Shown: positions 39,511-48,619 of the stretch, piece by piece | How the letters are laid out: every line of letters starts with the position of its first letter | Position numbering within the stretch: position 1 is the first letter of the stretch | Virus record (IMG/VR): IMGVR_UViG_3300035162_004754 | Span: 11,040-75,039 of that record | DNA length: 64,000 bases | Direction: 5' to 3' (one strand) | Origin: a virus | Made by a program: the position numbers and the translations under genes | Notes under the pieces: model-generated | What the model saw: the letters and a program-made list of their open reading frames with translations, nothing else | Told to the model about the DNA's origin: nothing | Databases searched by the model: none

Positions 39511-40239
39511 ATGTCTCAATTAATTAAACACTTTTTAGTGGATAGAGATACTGGAGAATGGATAAAGGGTAAAATTAGAGGGTATATATTTCCAAACTTA
39601 AAGGGATTGGAAATTGTTTATCGTTTAACTGATGTAAATGGAGATCATATCTGCCTATCAAAAGTTCCAGAGTATTTTGAGTATTCGAAAACTGTAACTC
39701 CAAGTGTCTTAACTGAATATCAAAATGATTCAAATATTACAGTAGTAAGTTCTACTGAAAAGCAGGTTGAAGAACCTATTCTAAACGAAGAAACTGGAGA
39801 ACCAACAGGTGAAACAACTACAGTAACTTTGCATGATGTAACTTATAGAGAAGCATATACTATTGTAGAAAACGATGGACTCAAAATTTTAACTCAAGAA
39901 CAATGGAACACTGAGATTTCTAATTATGATGCAAGACAAACTGAAAAAAGATATAGTGAAATAAGAATAGTTAGAGATGAAGTTTTGAAAGATACTGATT
40001 GGATGGTTACAAAGACAACAGAGAGTGGGAGTAATTTATCAGATGAATTTAAGAATTGGAGAACCACTCTAAGAGATTTACCATCTGTTGGAATTACAAC
40101 AGACACTTTCCCAGCAACTCCAGATTCAATTCAATTTGATCAGAATATAACTAAAGACTATTCCCAAAAATTAAGATCTATTGTATTGATTAATGATACT
40201 CTTCCTGCATTGCCTGAAGAGGATTTAGGTGGTGAGTAA
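39511..40239 (+). CDS. Tail fibre assembly chaperone-like protein
   Basis: C-terminal IRIVRDEVLKDTDW...WRTTLRDLP motif. Confidence 0.75.
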   Translation: MSQLIKHFLVDRDTGEWIKGKIRGYIFPNLKGLEIVYRLTDVNGDHICLSKVPEYFEYSKTVTPSVLTEYQNDSNITVVSSTEKQVEEPILNEETGEPTGETTTVTLHDVTYREAYTIVENDGLKILTQEQWNTEISNYDARQTEKRYSEIRIVRDEVLKDTDWMVTKTTESGSNLSDEFKNWRTTLRDLPSVGITTDTFPATPDSIQFDQNITKDYSQKLRSIVLINDTLPALPEEDLGGE

Positions 40240-40803
40240 GTCGTAACACTTTTGGTCCTTATCATAAGCATATTCGGCATAAGGACCATTCTTTCTTACA
40301 TAATGTAGGAACAATTGCATAAAACTATCATTTTTATGAGTTCTTAGTGGACTTCTCCAATGAGGAACAATTGTTCCTAAGTATGCAACACCATCACCTG
40401 TAGGAGTCACAACTTCTCTGCGTTTTCCCGTAAGATCTTTAAGTTTAATCGGCCATTTTGCATCACCAGAAATATTCATAGTAACTGATACCTCACAAGA
40501 AGGTCTATCAGTATGACAATTCATCCATCCTTTATTATGATAAGTTGTCGTGAACCAGTAAGAAGGAATGAGTTCTTCCCCTAATAGTTCTTCGAGAATT
40601 GGTTTGACTCTATGAACTACAAATGTTGATGATCGTGGAGCATAACAAGTTAACACTCTTCCTCTTTCTTTATCCCAGTGCCCTTCAAGAGATCCTAAAT
40701 CACTTATGGCACCACAAATATTTTGATACTTAATCTTTATTGCTTCTTCTTTGGTAATAATTTCGGGAAGGTAATACCAACCTTTGTCAGAGAAACTGCT
40801 CAT
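40225..40803 (-). CDS. 2OG-Fe(II) oxygenase
   Basis: HTDRPSCEVSVT, GDGVAYLG..PHWR, QLFLHYV. Confidence 0.85.
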   Translation of the reverse strand: MSSFSDKGWYYLPEIITKEEAIKIKYQNICGAISDLGSLEGHWDKERGRVLTCYAPRSSTFVVHRVKPILEELLGEELIPSYWFTTTYHNKGWMNCHTDRPSCEVSVTMNISGDAKWPIKLKDLTGKRREVVTPTGDGVAYLGTIVPHWRSPLRTHKNDSFMQLFLHYVRKNGPYAEYAYDKDQKCYDLLTT

Positions 40804-40888
40804 TATAAAAATTTATTCTTATTATTATTTATTATACATTTAATGATATAATAGGAGAATAATATCAATTAAAAAATTAATAATTAAA

Positions 40889-41131
40889 ATGAACTTTATT
40901 GTATACACAAAAGAAAATTGTCCCCACTGTTATAAGATTAAACAAGTATTGGAATTGACTGGCACAAATTTTGCATCCTATAAACTTGAAGAGGACTTTA
41001 CAAGAGAAGAATTCTATGCTAAATTTGGCAAAGGTTCTACTTTTCCACAGGTAGTATGTGACAATAAAAAATTGGGAGGCTGTGTTGACACAATCAAATT
41101 CCTCAGAGAACATCAAGTCATCAAGTCTTAA
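40889..41131 (+). CDS. nrdC: Glutaredoxin
   Basis: CPHC, TFPQV, GG. Confidence 0.9.
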   Translation: MNFIVYTKENCPHCYKIKQVLELTGTNFASYKLEEDFTREEFYAKFGKGSTFPQVVCDNKKLGGCVDTIKFLREHQVIKS

Positions 41132-41336
41132 CATAAATAAAAATGAAGACCACAGAAATCGTGGTATTGAATTTTTACTTAATGGGGGAAAAAGAAAGCA
41201 AACAGAACCATTTCATATTATCTTTGAAAAGATGGTAAGCTTTCTAAAACGGGAAGTAACTATCTATTTTGAATTTTCCATCAGAACACGGAAAATAGAG
41301 GTAACTACCCGGAGTAAAAAAGATGTTAGCAACTAG
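41058..41336 (+). CDS. Hypothetical protein (start uncertain)
   Basis: ORF in conserved-looking operon. Confidence 0.45.
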   Translation: MTIKNWEAVLTQSNSSENIKSSSLNINKNEDHRNRGIEFLLNGGKRKQTEPFHIIFEKMVSFLKREVTIYFEFSIRTRKIEVTTRSKKDVSN

Positions 41337-41550
41337 TTTAGTATTTGGATCATTTTTGACTATTCTATTTCTCATGATGGGACTGATGATTGGTTGGACT
41401 GCTAGAGAATACATGATGAACTATCGGGAGGCACCAAGATATCATCCCGAAATGTTTGATGAGCAAGGAAATCTAATTCCAGATGAAGTAATCGCATTTA
41501 ATTTTGAAAACTATGACGACAGTAACGAAGAAGAAAACGACAACGACTAA
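41323..41550 (+). CDS. Conserved cyanophage membrane protein
   Basis: TM helix, HPEMFDEQGN. Confidence 0.7.
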   Translation: MLATSLVFGSFLTILFLMMGLMIGWTAREYMMNYREAPRYHPEMFDEQGNLIPDEVIAFNFENYDDSNEEENDND

Positions 41551-42094
41551 GGCAGTATCATTAGAACTTCCAAGAAATCCATTTGTCTTTGAAGTTTTAG
41601 ATCTTCTTTCCAAACAGAGAAGTAAGGCAAAGAAGATTGAAGTTCTGAAGAAGTATGAACACGTTTCTTTGAAGGCAACATTAATTTGGAACTTTGATGA
41701 AAGTATAATTTCTGTTCTTCCTGAAGGGGAGGTTCCCTATTCTGGATTTGAGGATCAGGCATCATCAAATGGAACTTTGAGCACTAAAATCTCAGAAGAA
41801 GTTCGTAGAATGCACGAAACTGACTCATTTTCAATGGGTTCGAGCGATAAGAATGGACATACTACAATTCGTAGAGAGTATAAAAACTTCTATCACTTTA
41901 TTAAGGGTGGTAATGATAGTATGAATAGTGTTCGTCGTGAAACGATGTTCATTAATATTCTTGAGGGACTTCATCCATTAGAGGCTGAAATTATTTGTCT
42001 ATGTAAGGATAAAAAACTTTCTGAAAGATATAAAATCACAAAGGAACTTGTGAGTGAAGCATATCCAGACATTACTTGGGGCAATCGTTCATAA
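41513..42094 (+). CDS. Conserved T4-like hypothetical protein
   Basis: LPEGEVPY, RRETMFINILEGLHP.EAE. Confidence 0.75.
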   Translation: MTTVTKKKTTTTKAVSLELPRNPFVFEVLDLLSKQRSKAKKIEVLKKYEHVSLKATLIWNFDESIISVLPEGEVPYSGFEDQASSNGTLSTKISEEVRRMHETDSFSMGSSDKNGHTTIRREYKNFYHFIKGGNDSMNSVRRETMFINILEGLHPLEAEIICLCKDKKLSERYKITKELVSEAYPDITWGNRS

Positions 42095-42096
42095 TT

Positions 42097-42456
42097 ATGG
42101 CAAATCAATTGGGAGATGCTCCTACTAAAATAGAAGAGGAACAGTCTATGACCTCCTGGACACCATCAGAAAAAGAAAATTCTAAATCCTTATATGGATG
42201 TGAAATTCTGATAGAGAATGGAACTTGGGAACAAGTATCCACTAAAGATTGTCCTAATGATGCAATGATAATCACTTATGTGGTTGATGGAGAAACGAGA
42301 TATGATTTGACTCGTAGTCAGAAAGAAGTTCGTATATTTAATATGTATTGGGATAAGTTTCGTGAGAATTTAAAGGGCATTGGTTTTGGTATGGGAAGAA
42401 CCAATCCAAAACTATGGGGAATAGAACCACCACCCCCAACCAAAAAGCGGAAATAA
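42097..42456 (+). CDS. Conserved cyanophage hypothetical protein
   Basis: IFNMYWDKF, GRTNPKLWG. Confidence 0.7.
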   Translation: MANQLGDAPTKIEEEQSMTSWTPSEKENSKSLYGCEILIENGTWEQVSTKDCPNDAMIITYVVDGETRYDLTRSQKEVRIFNMYWDKFRENLKGIGFGMGRTNPKLWGIEPPPPTKKRK

Positions 42457-42520
42457 TTCCAAAATATTGGCAAAAAAAATCCCGGCAATTTTTTGGTCTG
42501 TAGGGATTTTCAGAAACCTC

Positions 42521-42549
42521 TTGACTAAATAGGGTATAGGGTCTATAAT
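42521..42549 (+). promoter_or_regulatory. Sigma70 promoter (plus CTAAATA) upstream of the riboswitch-like RNA
   Basis: TTGACT-17-TATAAT; predicted start near 42556. Confidence 0.8.
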
Positions 42550-42555
42550 GGACCT

Positions 42556-42782
42556 ATCGTTCATCAGAGGAAACTCTGACGCAAGTAAGTCGCGGAACGG
42601 AGCGTTCATCCCATGTTTGATATACTACTGTATACCACCCTCACTTGTTCTCAATCTAATGCAATTATGTTGCGGATGAAACAGAACGAAAATATTCCTC
42701 CCGAATATGAGGTGGAATTAATTGAGGTCATGAAGGAATCAAATCCTGATTGTTATTGGGACGCAATCGACTGAAGGAACGG
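42556..42782 (+). ncRNA. Glutamine riboswitch-like (glnA / Downstream-peptide) element, duplicated and nested
   Basis: ATCGTTCA, P2 TCAGAG-GAAA-CTCTGA, CGCAAGTA, AGTCG...CGACT, GAAG, GAACG; second CGTTCATCCC...GGGACGCAA copy inside. Confidence 0.7.
42613..42774 (+). CDS. Small ORF (53 aa) inside the RNA element
   Basis: Read manually: MFDILLYTTLTCSQSNAIMLRMKQNENIPPEYEVELIEVMKESNPDCYWDAID; GGAG at 42599-42602. Confidence 0.6.
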   Translation: MFDILLYTTLTCSQSNAIMLRMKQNENIPPEYEVELIEVMKESNPDCYWDAID

Positions 42783-42844
42783 GAAAACACGGATCCATCG
42801 AAAGATGAGAAGGTTAATTTTCACCCAACTTCAGGAGTAAACAA

Positions 42845-43012
42845 ATGAACACACTTCAAATGATTAAAAAGCAGATCAACAAAGCATCTGCACTGCATGA
42901 CGCACAAGTTCTTCACACCTCATATCGTGGTGTTGAGTATGATACTCGTTGTGTAAAATCAAACGAAACACACGGTACATTCTGTTATCGTGGTCGTGTC
43001 TACAATAAGTGA
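42845..43012 (+). CDS. DUF4278-like YRG-motif small protein (55 aa)
   Basis: Read manually: MNTLQMIKKQINKASALHDAQVLHTSYRGVEYDTRCVKSNETHGTFCYRGRVYNK; SD AGGAG. Confidence 0.75.
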   Translation: MNTLQMIKKQINKASALHDAQVLHTSYRGVEYDTRCVKSNETHGTFCYRGRVYNK

Positions 43013-43033
43013 GTCACTTACGTTAAAATTGTT

Positions 43034-43060
43034 AGGGGGGTTGCAAGACCCTCTTTTTTT
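43034..43060 (+). terminator. Terminator overlapping the next promoter
   Basis: AGGGGGGTT-GC-AAGACCCTC then T-run; TTGCAA...TATAAT overlaps. Confidence 0.6.
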
Positions 43061-43091
43061 ATGCTATAATCAATTGAAATATCGCAGTATT

Positions 43092-43268
43092 ATGGAGAAA
43101 GAAAGGCTAAAACTAATTGTTCGAAATCTTGAATTGCTTATTGATTCTCTAAAGGCAGAAGTTTATTCTGATGTTAATGTGCATACCACAAAGCAAGAAA
43201 ATTTTGATGATCCATCCTCTGATTATATTTTAGATTACGACGAAGTTTTTGAGGATGATGATGGATAA
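43092..43268 (+). CDS. Conserved cyanophage hypothetical protein
   Basis: MEKERLKLIVRNLELL..LKAEVYSD. Confidence 0.7.
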   Translation: MEKERLKLIVRNLELLIDSLKAEVYSDVNVHTTKQENFDDPSSDYILDYDEVFEDDDG

Positions 43269-43440
43269 TCGCACTAAAATCAAAAAGGTTAAAGATCTTG
43301 CAAAACTATTTGAAAGATTAATAGCACAAGATCATCTTTACAGTGAAGAACGTATTGTAGAGATGAAAGAAGCTCTTTCTGCGATAAAGAAGCAAATCAC
43401 AGAAATGGAAAAACAAAATTATAAAGGATTTGGAGCATGA
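43261..43440 (+). CDS. Hypothetical protein
   Basis: C-terminal KGFG; coupled to thyX. Confidence 0.6.
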   Translation: MDNRTKIKKVKDLAKLFERLIAQDHLYSEERIVEMKEALSAIKKQITEMEKQNYKGFGA

Positions 43441-44072
43441 ATGTAAAATTAATCAGTGTTACACCTGATGCAGAGAAAATGATGGGATATGTGGCACGAG
43501 TGTCAAATCCTTCTAATCAAGAGAATCCAAAGGTTGCTGGTCTTCTTAAGTATTGCGTCAAACATCAACACTGGAGTGTCTTTGAGCAGTCATTCATGAC
43601 TCTTGAGATAGAGACTACAAGAGGACTGGCAGCTCAAATCTTGCGCCATCGGAGTTTTACATTCCAGGAGTTTTCACAACGGTATGCAGATTCATCGATG
43701 CTTGCCGATACTATTCCTCTGTTTGATTTGAGACGACAAGACACAAAGAATCGTCAAAATTCTATTGATGATATTAATCCCCATACTCGTCAAAATTTTG
43801 AAATGAAGATTCAAAAGCACTTTGATGATGCTATGCAACTGTATCAAGAAATGCTTGCTGCTGGAATTGCAAAGGAATGTTCAAGATTTGTGCTTCCCTT
43901 GGCAGTACCAACCAGAATTTACATGAGTGGTTCATGTCGTTCATGGGTTCATTATATCGATTTGCGTTCTGCTCACGGAACTCAAAAAGAGCACATGGAT
44001 ATTGCAGAAGCATGTAAAAAAGTTTTTGTAGAACAGTTTCCAACAGTAGCAGAAGCTCTGGAATGGATCTAA
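43437..44072 (+). CDS. thyX: Flavin-dependent thymidylate synthase
   Basis: HWSVFE, QILRHRSFTFQEFSQRY, TQKEH. Confidence 0.96.
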   Translation: MNVKLISVTPDAEKMMGYVARVSNPSNQENPKVAGLLKYCVKHQHWSVFEQSFMTLEIETTRGLAAQILRHRSFTFQEFSQRYADSSMLADTIPLFDLRRQDTKNRQNSIDDINPHTRQNFEMKIQKHFDDAMQLYQEMLAAGIAKECSRFVLPLAVPTRIYMSGSCRSWVHYIDLRSAHGTQKEHMDIAEACKKVFVEQFPTVAEALEWI

Positions 44073-44096
44073 ATATTTTTATACTGAATTGATAAA

Positions 44097-44345
44097 ATGG
44101 CAACATATCCGATTATTAATAAAGAAACTGGTGAACAAAAGGAAATAGTTCTGAGTATTCATGAGTGGCCAAAATGGTGCGAAGATAATAGTGATTGGAT
44201 TCGTGATTGGTCTGACCCCTCTACCGCACCTATGGCAACAGATGTTGGTGAATGGAGAGATAAACTTGTGGCAAGAAATCCTGGATGGAATGAAGTTTTA
44301 AACAAGGCATCAAAAGCACCAGGTTCGAAAGTATCTAAAATCTAA
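44097..44345 (+). CDS. Conserved T4-like hypothetical protein
   Basis: MATYP..TGE, GWNEVL..KAPGS. Confidence 0.7.
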   Translation: MATYPIINKETGEQKEIVLSIHEWPKWCEDNSDWIRDWSDPSTAPMATDVGEWRDKLVARNPGWNEVLNKASKAPGSKVSKI

Positions 44346-45106
44346 TGGCAAGAAGAAAAAGAGCATCTGCAACCGATCAACCCATTGGAGTTGGTCTTAC
44401 AACAAAGCAGATGAAAAGAAAGAAACCATTAAGTTCTGGATACTTAGTGGATATAGATCCACTTAATGATAATCAAAAAAGACTCTTTGATTCTTATAAG
44501 GAAGGAAAGCATCTTATTGCATATGGTTGTGCGGGAACAGGAAAGACCTTTATAACCCTCTTCAATGCACTTAAAGATGTATTAGATGAGAACACTCCTT
44601 ATGAGAGAATATACCTTGTGAGGTCTCTTGTAGCAACTAGAGAGATTGGGTTTCTTCCTGGTTCTCATGAAGATAAGGCAGACATCTATCAAATACCATA
44701 TAAGAATATGGTAAAGTATATGTTCCAGATGCCTTCTGATGCTGATTTTGAGATGTTGTATGGTAATCTTAAATCACAGGAATCAATTAAATTCTGGAGC
44801 ACATCATTCCTTCGTGGAACGACACTTGATAATGCGATTGTAATTGTTGATGAATTTCAGAACTTGAATTTTCATGAACTCGATAGTATCATCACTCGTG
44901 TTGGTGAAAATACACGGATTTGTTTCTGTGGTGATTCTCGACAGTCAGATTTAAATAAGGCAAATGAAAGGAATGGTATTGTTGACTTTATGAACATCTT
45001 GCGTAAAATGCCTTCTTTTGATATAATTGAGTTTGGAACCGACGATATCGTTCGATCCGGTCTAGTCAAAGAGTATATCGTTGCAAAAATAGAAGCAGGT
45101 TTTTAA
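44345..45106 (+). CDS. phoH: PhoH-like ATPase
   Basis: GCAGTGKT, IGFLPG, RGTTL, VDEFQN, GD..QSD, DIVRS. Confidence 0.95.
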   Translation: MARRKRASATDQPIGVGLTTKQMKRKKPLSSGYLVDIDPLNDNQKRLFDSYKEGKHLIAYGCAGTGKTFITLFNALKDVLDENTPYERIYLVRSLVATREIGFLPGSHEDKADIYQIPYKNMVKYMFQMPSDADFEMLYGNLKSQESIKFWSTSFLRGTTLDNAIVIVDEFQNLNFHELDSIITRVGENTRICFCGDSRQSDLNKANERNGIVDFMNILRKMPSFDIIEFGTDDIVRSGLVKEYIVAKIEAGF

Positions 45107-45786
45107 TGTTTAATCATGTTGATTTGAATCTCCCTCAACTTGAGAGGGAGACTATTGATGGAGTCAGATACTATTCTGTTCCTGATGAAGAAGAACTCTT
45201 AAAACTAGTTTCTATCACTTCGGTGACTAGTCATTATAATAAGGAGACTTTTGTAAAATGGAGAAAAAGAGTTGGTGATGAAGAAGCAAATCGAGTCACA
45301 AAAGCGGCAACACGTCGTGGAACTGATTTTCATAGTCTTACTGAGTGTCACCTAAAGAATATAGAGTTACTAAAAGTTCCTCCTATTTCTGATTTTCTAT
45401 TTAAGATTTCTAAGGGAACTTTAAAGAACATTGACAATATTCATGCTCTGGAAACTTCCCTATATAGTAAGCAGTTGGGTATTGCTGGAACCGTCGATTG
45501 TATTGCAGAATACGAGGGTGAATTAGCAATAATTGACTTCAAGACTTCTAAAAAACCGAAACCAAGAAATTGGATCGAAAACTATTTTGTACAATGTGCG
45601 GCATATGGATGTATGTTGTATGAAATGACTGGTATTCCGGTCAAAAAATTTGTAATCATTATGGCTTGTGAAAATGGAGAATGCGTCGTCTACGAAGAAA
45701 GAGACAAATCAAAGTACATCAAACTTCTCACCGAATATATTAGAAAGTTTGTTACAGATAAATTGGAACTCTATGGAACCGAATAA
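45106..45786 (+). CDS. PD-(D/E)XK exonuclease
   Basis: RGTDFH, AGTVDCI, IIDFKTS, YFVQ..AY. Confidence 0.88.
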   Translation: MFNHVDLNLPQLERETIDGVRYYSVPDEEELLKLVSITSVTSHYNKETFVKWRKRVGDEEANRVTKAATRRGTDFHSLTECHLKNIELLKVPPISDFLFKISKGTLKNIDNIHALETSLYSKQLGIAGTVDCIAEYEGELAIIDFKTSKKPKPRNWIENYFVQCAAYGCMLYEMTGIPVKKFVIIMACENGECVVYEERDKSKYIKLLTEYIRKFVTDKLELYGTE

Positions 45787-46033
45787 AGAACTGGAACAGG
45801 TAATTAATAGTAAATTTCTAACACCATCTAAGTTTGCATTAGAAATAGAAAAGATTGTTGCCGAAGAAAAAATAAACTACATTGATGCTATTTGCCATTA
45901 TTGTGAACTGAATGGACTCGATGTAGATTCAATTACAAAACTTGTATCAAAACCACTGAAGGAAAAACTGAAGTGGGATGCTACGAGACTTAATTTTATG
46001 AAAGCAACTTCGAGAGCAAAACTGCCTTTATGA
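45773..46033 (+). CDS. gp33: Late transcription co-activator
   Basis: FALEIE, YIDAI, LKEKL..A..LNF; T4-like synteny. Confidence 0.85.
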   Translation: MEPNKELEQVINSKFLTPSKFALEIEKIVAEEKINYIDAICHYCELNGLDVDSITKLVSKPLKEKLKWDATRLNFMKATSRAKLPL

Positions 46034-46626
46034 AAGTGTCCCCATTTGATACCTACCAACATTATTTGTCACTTAAAAATCATTTTACGAATCCAAAATA
46101 CGACTTCTTTCGATATGGTGCGAAGACCCGTGCAAGTGTATCTTCATTCAATAAAAGAAGAGATAAGTATTGGTTCGAGAAAACCAGTCGTAAATATAAT
46201 GATGAAGAAGTTGTAAAATTTCTTGTATCTAATTTCGCATACGCCGACAACCCACAAAACTTATGGATTGGAGAAATTATCAGTTCTGGAGAAAGGACTT
46301 ACGCAGATTGGACAAAGAGACAACAGAGTTTGACTTACTTGTTCAAAGAACAAAGCAACGAATTACTCTCGAACAACGAATTAGAGAATCTATTCAGTTG
46401 CTCGAAAGGTCATCCAACAATCTTAAAAAGATTTCTTGGTGGAGACATAAGTCTTGAAACTTTTGTAATCTATGATAGAATATTCTCATTCAGAAAGAAG
46501 TTTGATAAGAAACTGAAAGATCCTGTATGGGAAACCGTAAGTTTAAAACTCCAAAAATATTCTCCCTTTCTAAATATTGATGTATTCAAGTTTAAGAAAA
46601 TTTTGCGGGCCCTTGTAGATGAGTGA
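46030..46626 (+). CDS. gp59: Helicase loader
   Basis: YLSLKNHF..YDF, RDKYWFEK, ISLET. Confidence 0.88.
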   Translation: MKVSPFDTYQHYLSLKNHFTNPKYDFFRYGAKTRASVSSFNKRRDKYWFEKTSRKYNDEEVVKFLVSNFAYADNPQNLWIGEIISSGERTYADWTKRQQSLTYLFKEQSNELLSNNELENLFSCSKGHPTILKRFLGGDISLETFVIYDRIFSFRKKFDKKLKDPVWETVSLKLQKYSPFLNIDVFKFKKILRALVDE

Positions 46627-46951
46627 CTTTTTTGATTCTGAAATCATTCAGGAAGAACTGAGTGAAATTAATGAAATGCAAGAAAAAATCTACGAGAGTT
46701 TTATTACTTTCGGTAGAATGTCCCGTGAACAAAAACTTGAGCACGTTGAAATACTTACAACCTTGCTTGAAAAACAGCAAGTGATGTATACTAGACTATC
46801 TCTTTCTGATGACCCAAAGGCCATCGAAATGAAAGATAATCTACGCAAGTCAGTTTCAATGATGGGTTTCCCACCAGAGACTGATATGCTGACTTTATTC
46901 AATAGTATGAATGCCACAATCAAATCTCTCAAAGACTATATTGACGACTGA
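46619..46951 (+). CDS. DUF1825-like conserved protein
   Basis: FFDSEIIQ, RLSLSDDP. Confidence 0.7.
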   Translation: MSDFFDSEIIQEELSEINEMQEKIYESFITFGRMSREQKLEHVEILTTLLEKQQVMYTRLSLSDDPKAIEMKDNLRKSVSMMGFPPETDMLTLFNSMNATIKSLKDYIDD

Positions 46952-46969
46952 GAGAATTTCTGCTATACT
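46941..46969 (+). promoter_or_regulatory. gp32 sigma70-type promoter
   Basis: TTGACG-17-TATACT. Confidence 0.65.
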
Positions 46970-47014
46970 ATCCGAGTAAATCCAAAACATCCAAACTAAT
47001 CTAAGGTAATCCAA

Positions 47015-47938
47015 ATGTCTTTTGCTGATCTTAAGAAGCAATCCAAACTTGGCTCCCTGACTGAAAAACTGGTCAAGGAAGTCGAAAAAATGAATAATGC
47101 AGGTAGTTCAGGAGATGATCGTCTCTGGAAACTAGAATGTGATAAAGGTGGTAATGGTTATGCCGTTATTCGTTTCCTTCCTGCTCCTGAAGGTGAAGAC
47201 CTTCCATTCGTCAAACTCTATTCCCATGCCTTTCAAGGTCCTGGTGGATGGTATATTGAAAACTCTCTGACGACACTGAATCAGAAAGATCCAATGTCAG
47301 AATACAACACGATGCTGTGGAATAACGGCACAGATTCTGGTAAAGATCAGGCACGTAAGCAGAAACGTAAACTGACTTATGTTGCAAACATCTATGTTGT
47401 AAAAGATCCTGCTAATCCTTCCAATGAAGGTCAGGTAATGCTTTACAAATTCGGTAAGAAAATCTTTGATAAGATTACTGCCGCAATGCAACCTGAGTTT
47501 GAGGACGAGGAAGCAATTGATCCGTTTGACTTCTGGCAGGGTGCTAATTTCAAACTGAAGGCAAAAAATGTTGCCGGTTATCGTAACTATGATTCTTCAG
47601 AGTTTGCCCGTCAGGATGCACTTCTGGAAGATGATGAAGCAATGGAAGCAATCTGGAAAAAAGAGTATTCTCTCGAAGATTTTGTTGCTCCCGATCAGTT
47701 CAAGTCTTATGATGAATTGAAAAAGCGTCTTGATTATGTTCTTGGTATCAAAGGAACGACTAAGTTCCAAGATCAAGAATCCGTTCAGGAAGAAGAAGAG
47801 TTCCGTCAACAGAATCGTGGAGAATCGGCACCTCCAGTTCCTCAATCAATGAAAGAAGAATTGACTGACCTTTCTTCTACCAATACTGATGAAGATGATG
47901 ATACACTCTCATACTTTGCCGCACTCGCAGCAGACTAA
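47015..47938 (+). CDS. gp32: Single-stranded DNA-binding protein
   Basis: DDRLWK, GNGYAVIRFLP, WYIENSLTT, YRNYDSSEF, acidic tail. Confidence 0.95.
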   Translation: MSFADLKKQSKLGSLTEKLVKEVEKMNNAGSSGDDRLWKLECDKGGNGYAVIRFLPAPEGEDLPFVKLYSHAFQGPGGWYIENSLTTLNQKDPMSEYNTMLWNNGTDSGKDQARKQKRKLTYVANIYVVKDPANPSNEGQVMLYKFGKKIFDKITAAMQPEFEDEEAIDPFDFWQGANFKLKAKNVAGYRNYDSSEFARQDALLEDDEAMEAIWKKEYSLEDFVAPDQFKSYDELKKRLDYVLGIKGTTKFQDQESVQEEEEFRQQNRGESAPPVPQSMKEELTDLSSTNTDEDDDTLSYFAALAAD

Positions 47939-47946
47939 GTAAGATG

Positions 47947-47969
47947 GGGAGGGAAACCTCCCTTTTTTT
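47947..47969 (+). terminator. Terminator after gp32
   Basis: GGGAGG-GAAA-CCTCCC-T7. Confidence 0.85.
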
Positions 47970-48618
47970 ATGGGTTAGTGGATCTAGTATTTTCTGTTCT
48001 GATTAGATTATCGTTAATATATTCTGATGAACGTCCATAAATCATAATTTCTCTCATATCATTCAAAAACTGTTGTAAATATGATGGTTTTAGTATATAG
48101 ATGGATGATTTCTCATTATTTTTTCTAACTTCATATTCATAGTTATTGATATTAATCACAGGATTTAAAGTAGTTGCAGTATTCGAAGGATCTGGAATTG
48201 TAAAATCTTCATCTACAACTTTACCTGCAGGAAGAATCAATCTACCTTGAGTATCTTTTACTTCTGTTGTTTCATAATGATGCACGGAAGATAATCCAGT
48301 AATACCATACTTATTTTCTGCATATCGATAGAGATCACGATTTGACAGTGGCCACTGATCTCTGACTCTTGTAATATTTGCCGTCATTAATACAACCCAA
48401 TCAAGTTCTGCACTTCCATAAAATTCTTCGGCAATTGTATCAGGTCTTGCACCCTCTACAATTTCATACTTATCAAAGATGGTGAATACATTTTGTAAGT
48501 CATCACGCAACTTATTTCTTCTGAATAAATTCTTAACTCTCAAATAATTTTGGGAAGAATTGCTATCAGATAAAAATGATTGATAATCTAATTCTGGTAG
48601 TTCTCTGAAGTATCCCAT
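47968..48618 (-). CDS. gp53: Baseplate wedge protein
   Basis: RPDTIA..YG..DWVVL, WPL, HHYET. Confidence 0.88.
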   Translation of the reverse strand: MGYFRELPELDYQSFLSDSNSSQNYLRVKNLFRRNKLRDDLQNVFTIFDKYEIVEGARPDTIAEEFYGSAELDWVVLMTANITRVRDQWPLSNRDLYRYAENKYGITGLSSVHHYETTEVKDTQGRLILPAGKVVDEDFTIPDPSNTATTLNPVININNYEYEVRKNNEKSSIYILKPSYLQQFLNDMREIMIYGRSSEYINDNLIRTENTRSTNP

Positions 48619-48619
48619 T

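Noticed and set aside
42412-42609. Minus-strand 65-aa ORF over the riboswitch-like region
   Set aside because: Overlaps the promoter and structured RNA; plus-strand signals explain the sequence better
45106-45786. Cas4 of a CRISPR system
   Set aside because: Standard T4-like exonuclease position between phoH and gp33; lacks the four-Cys cluster pattern and cas neighbours
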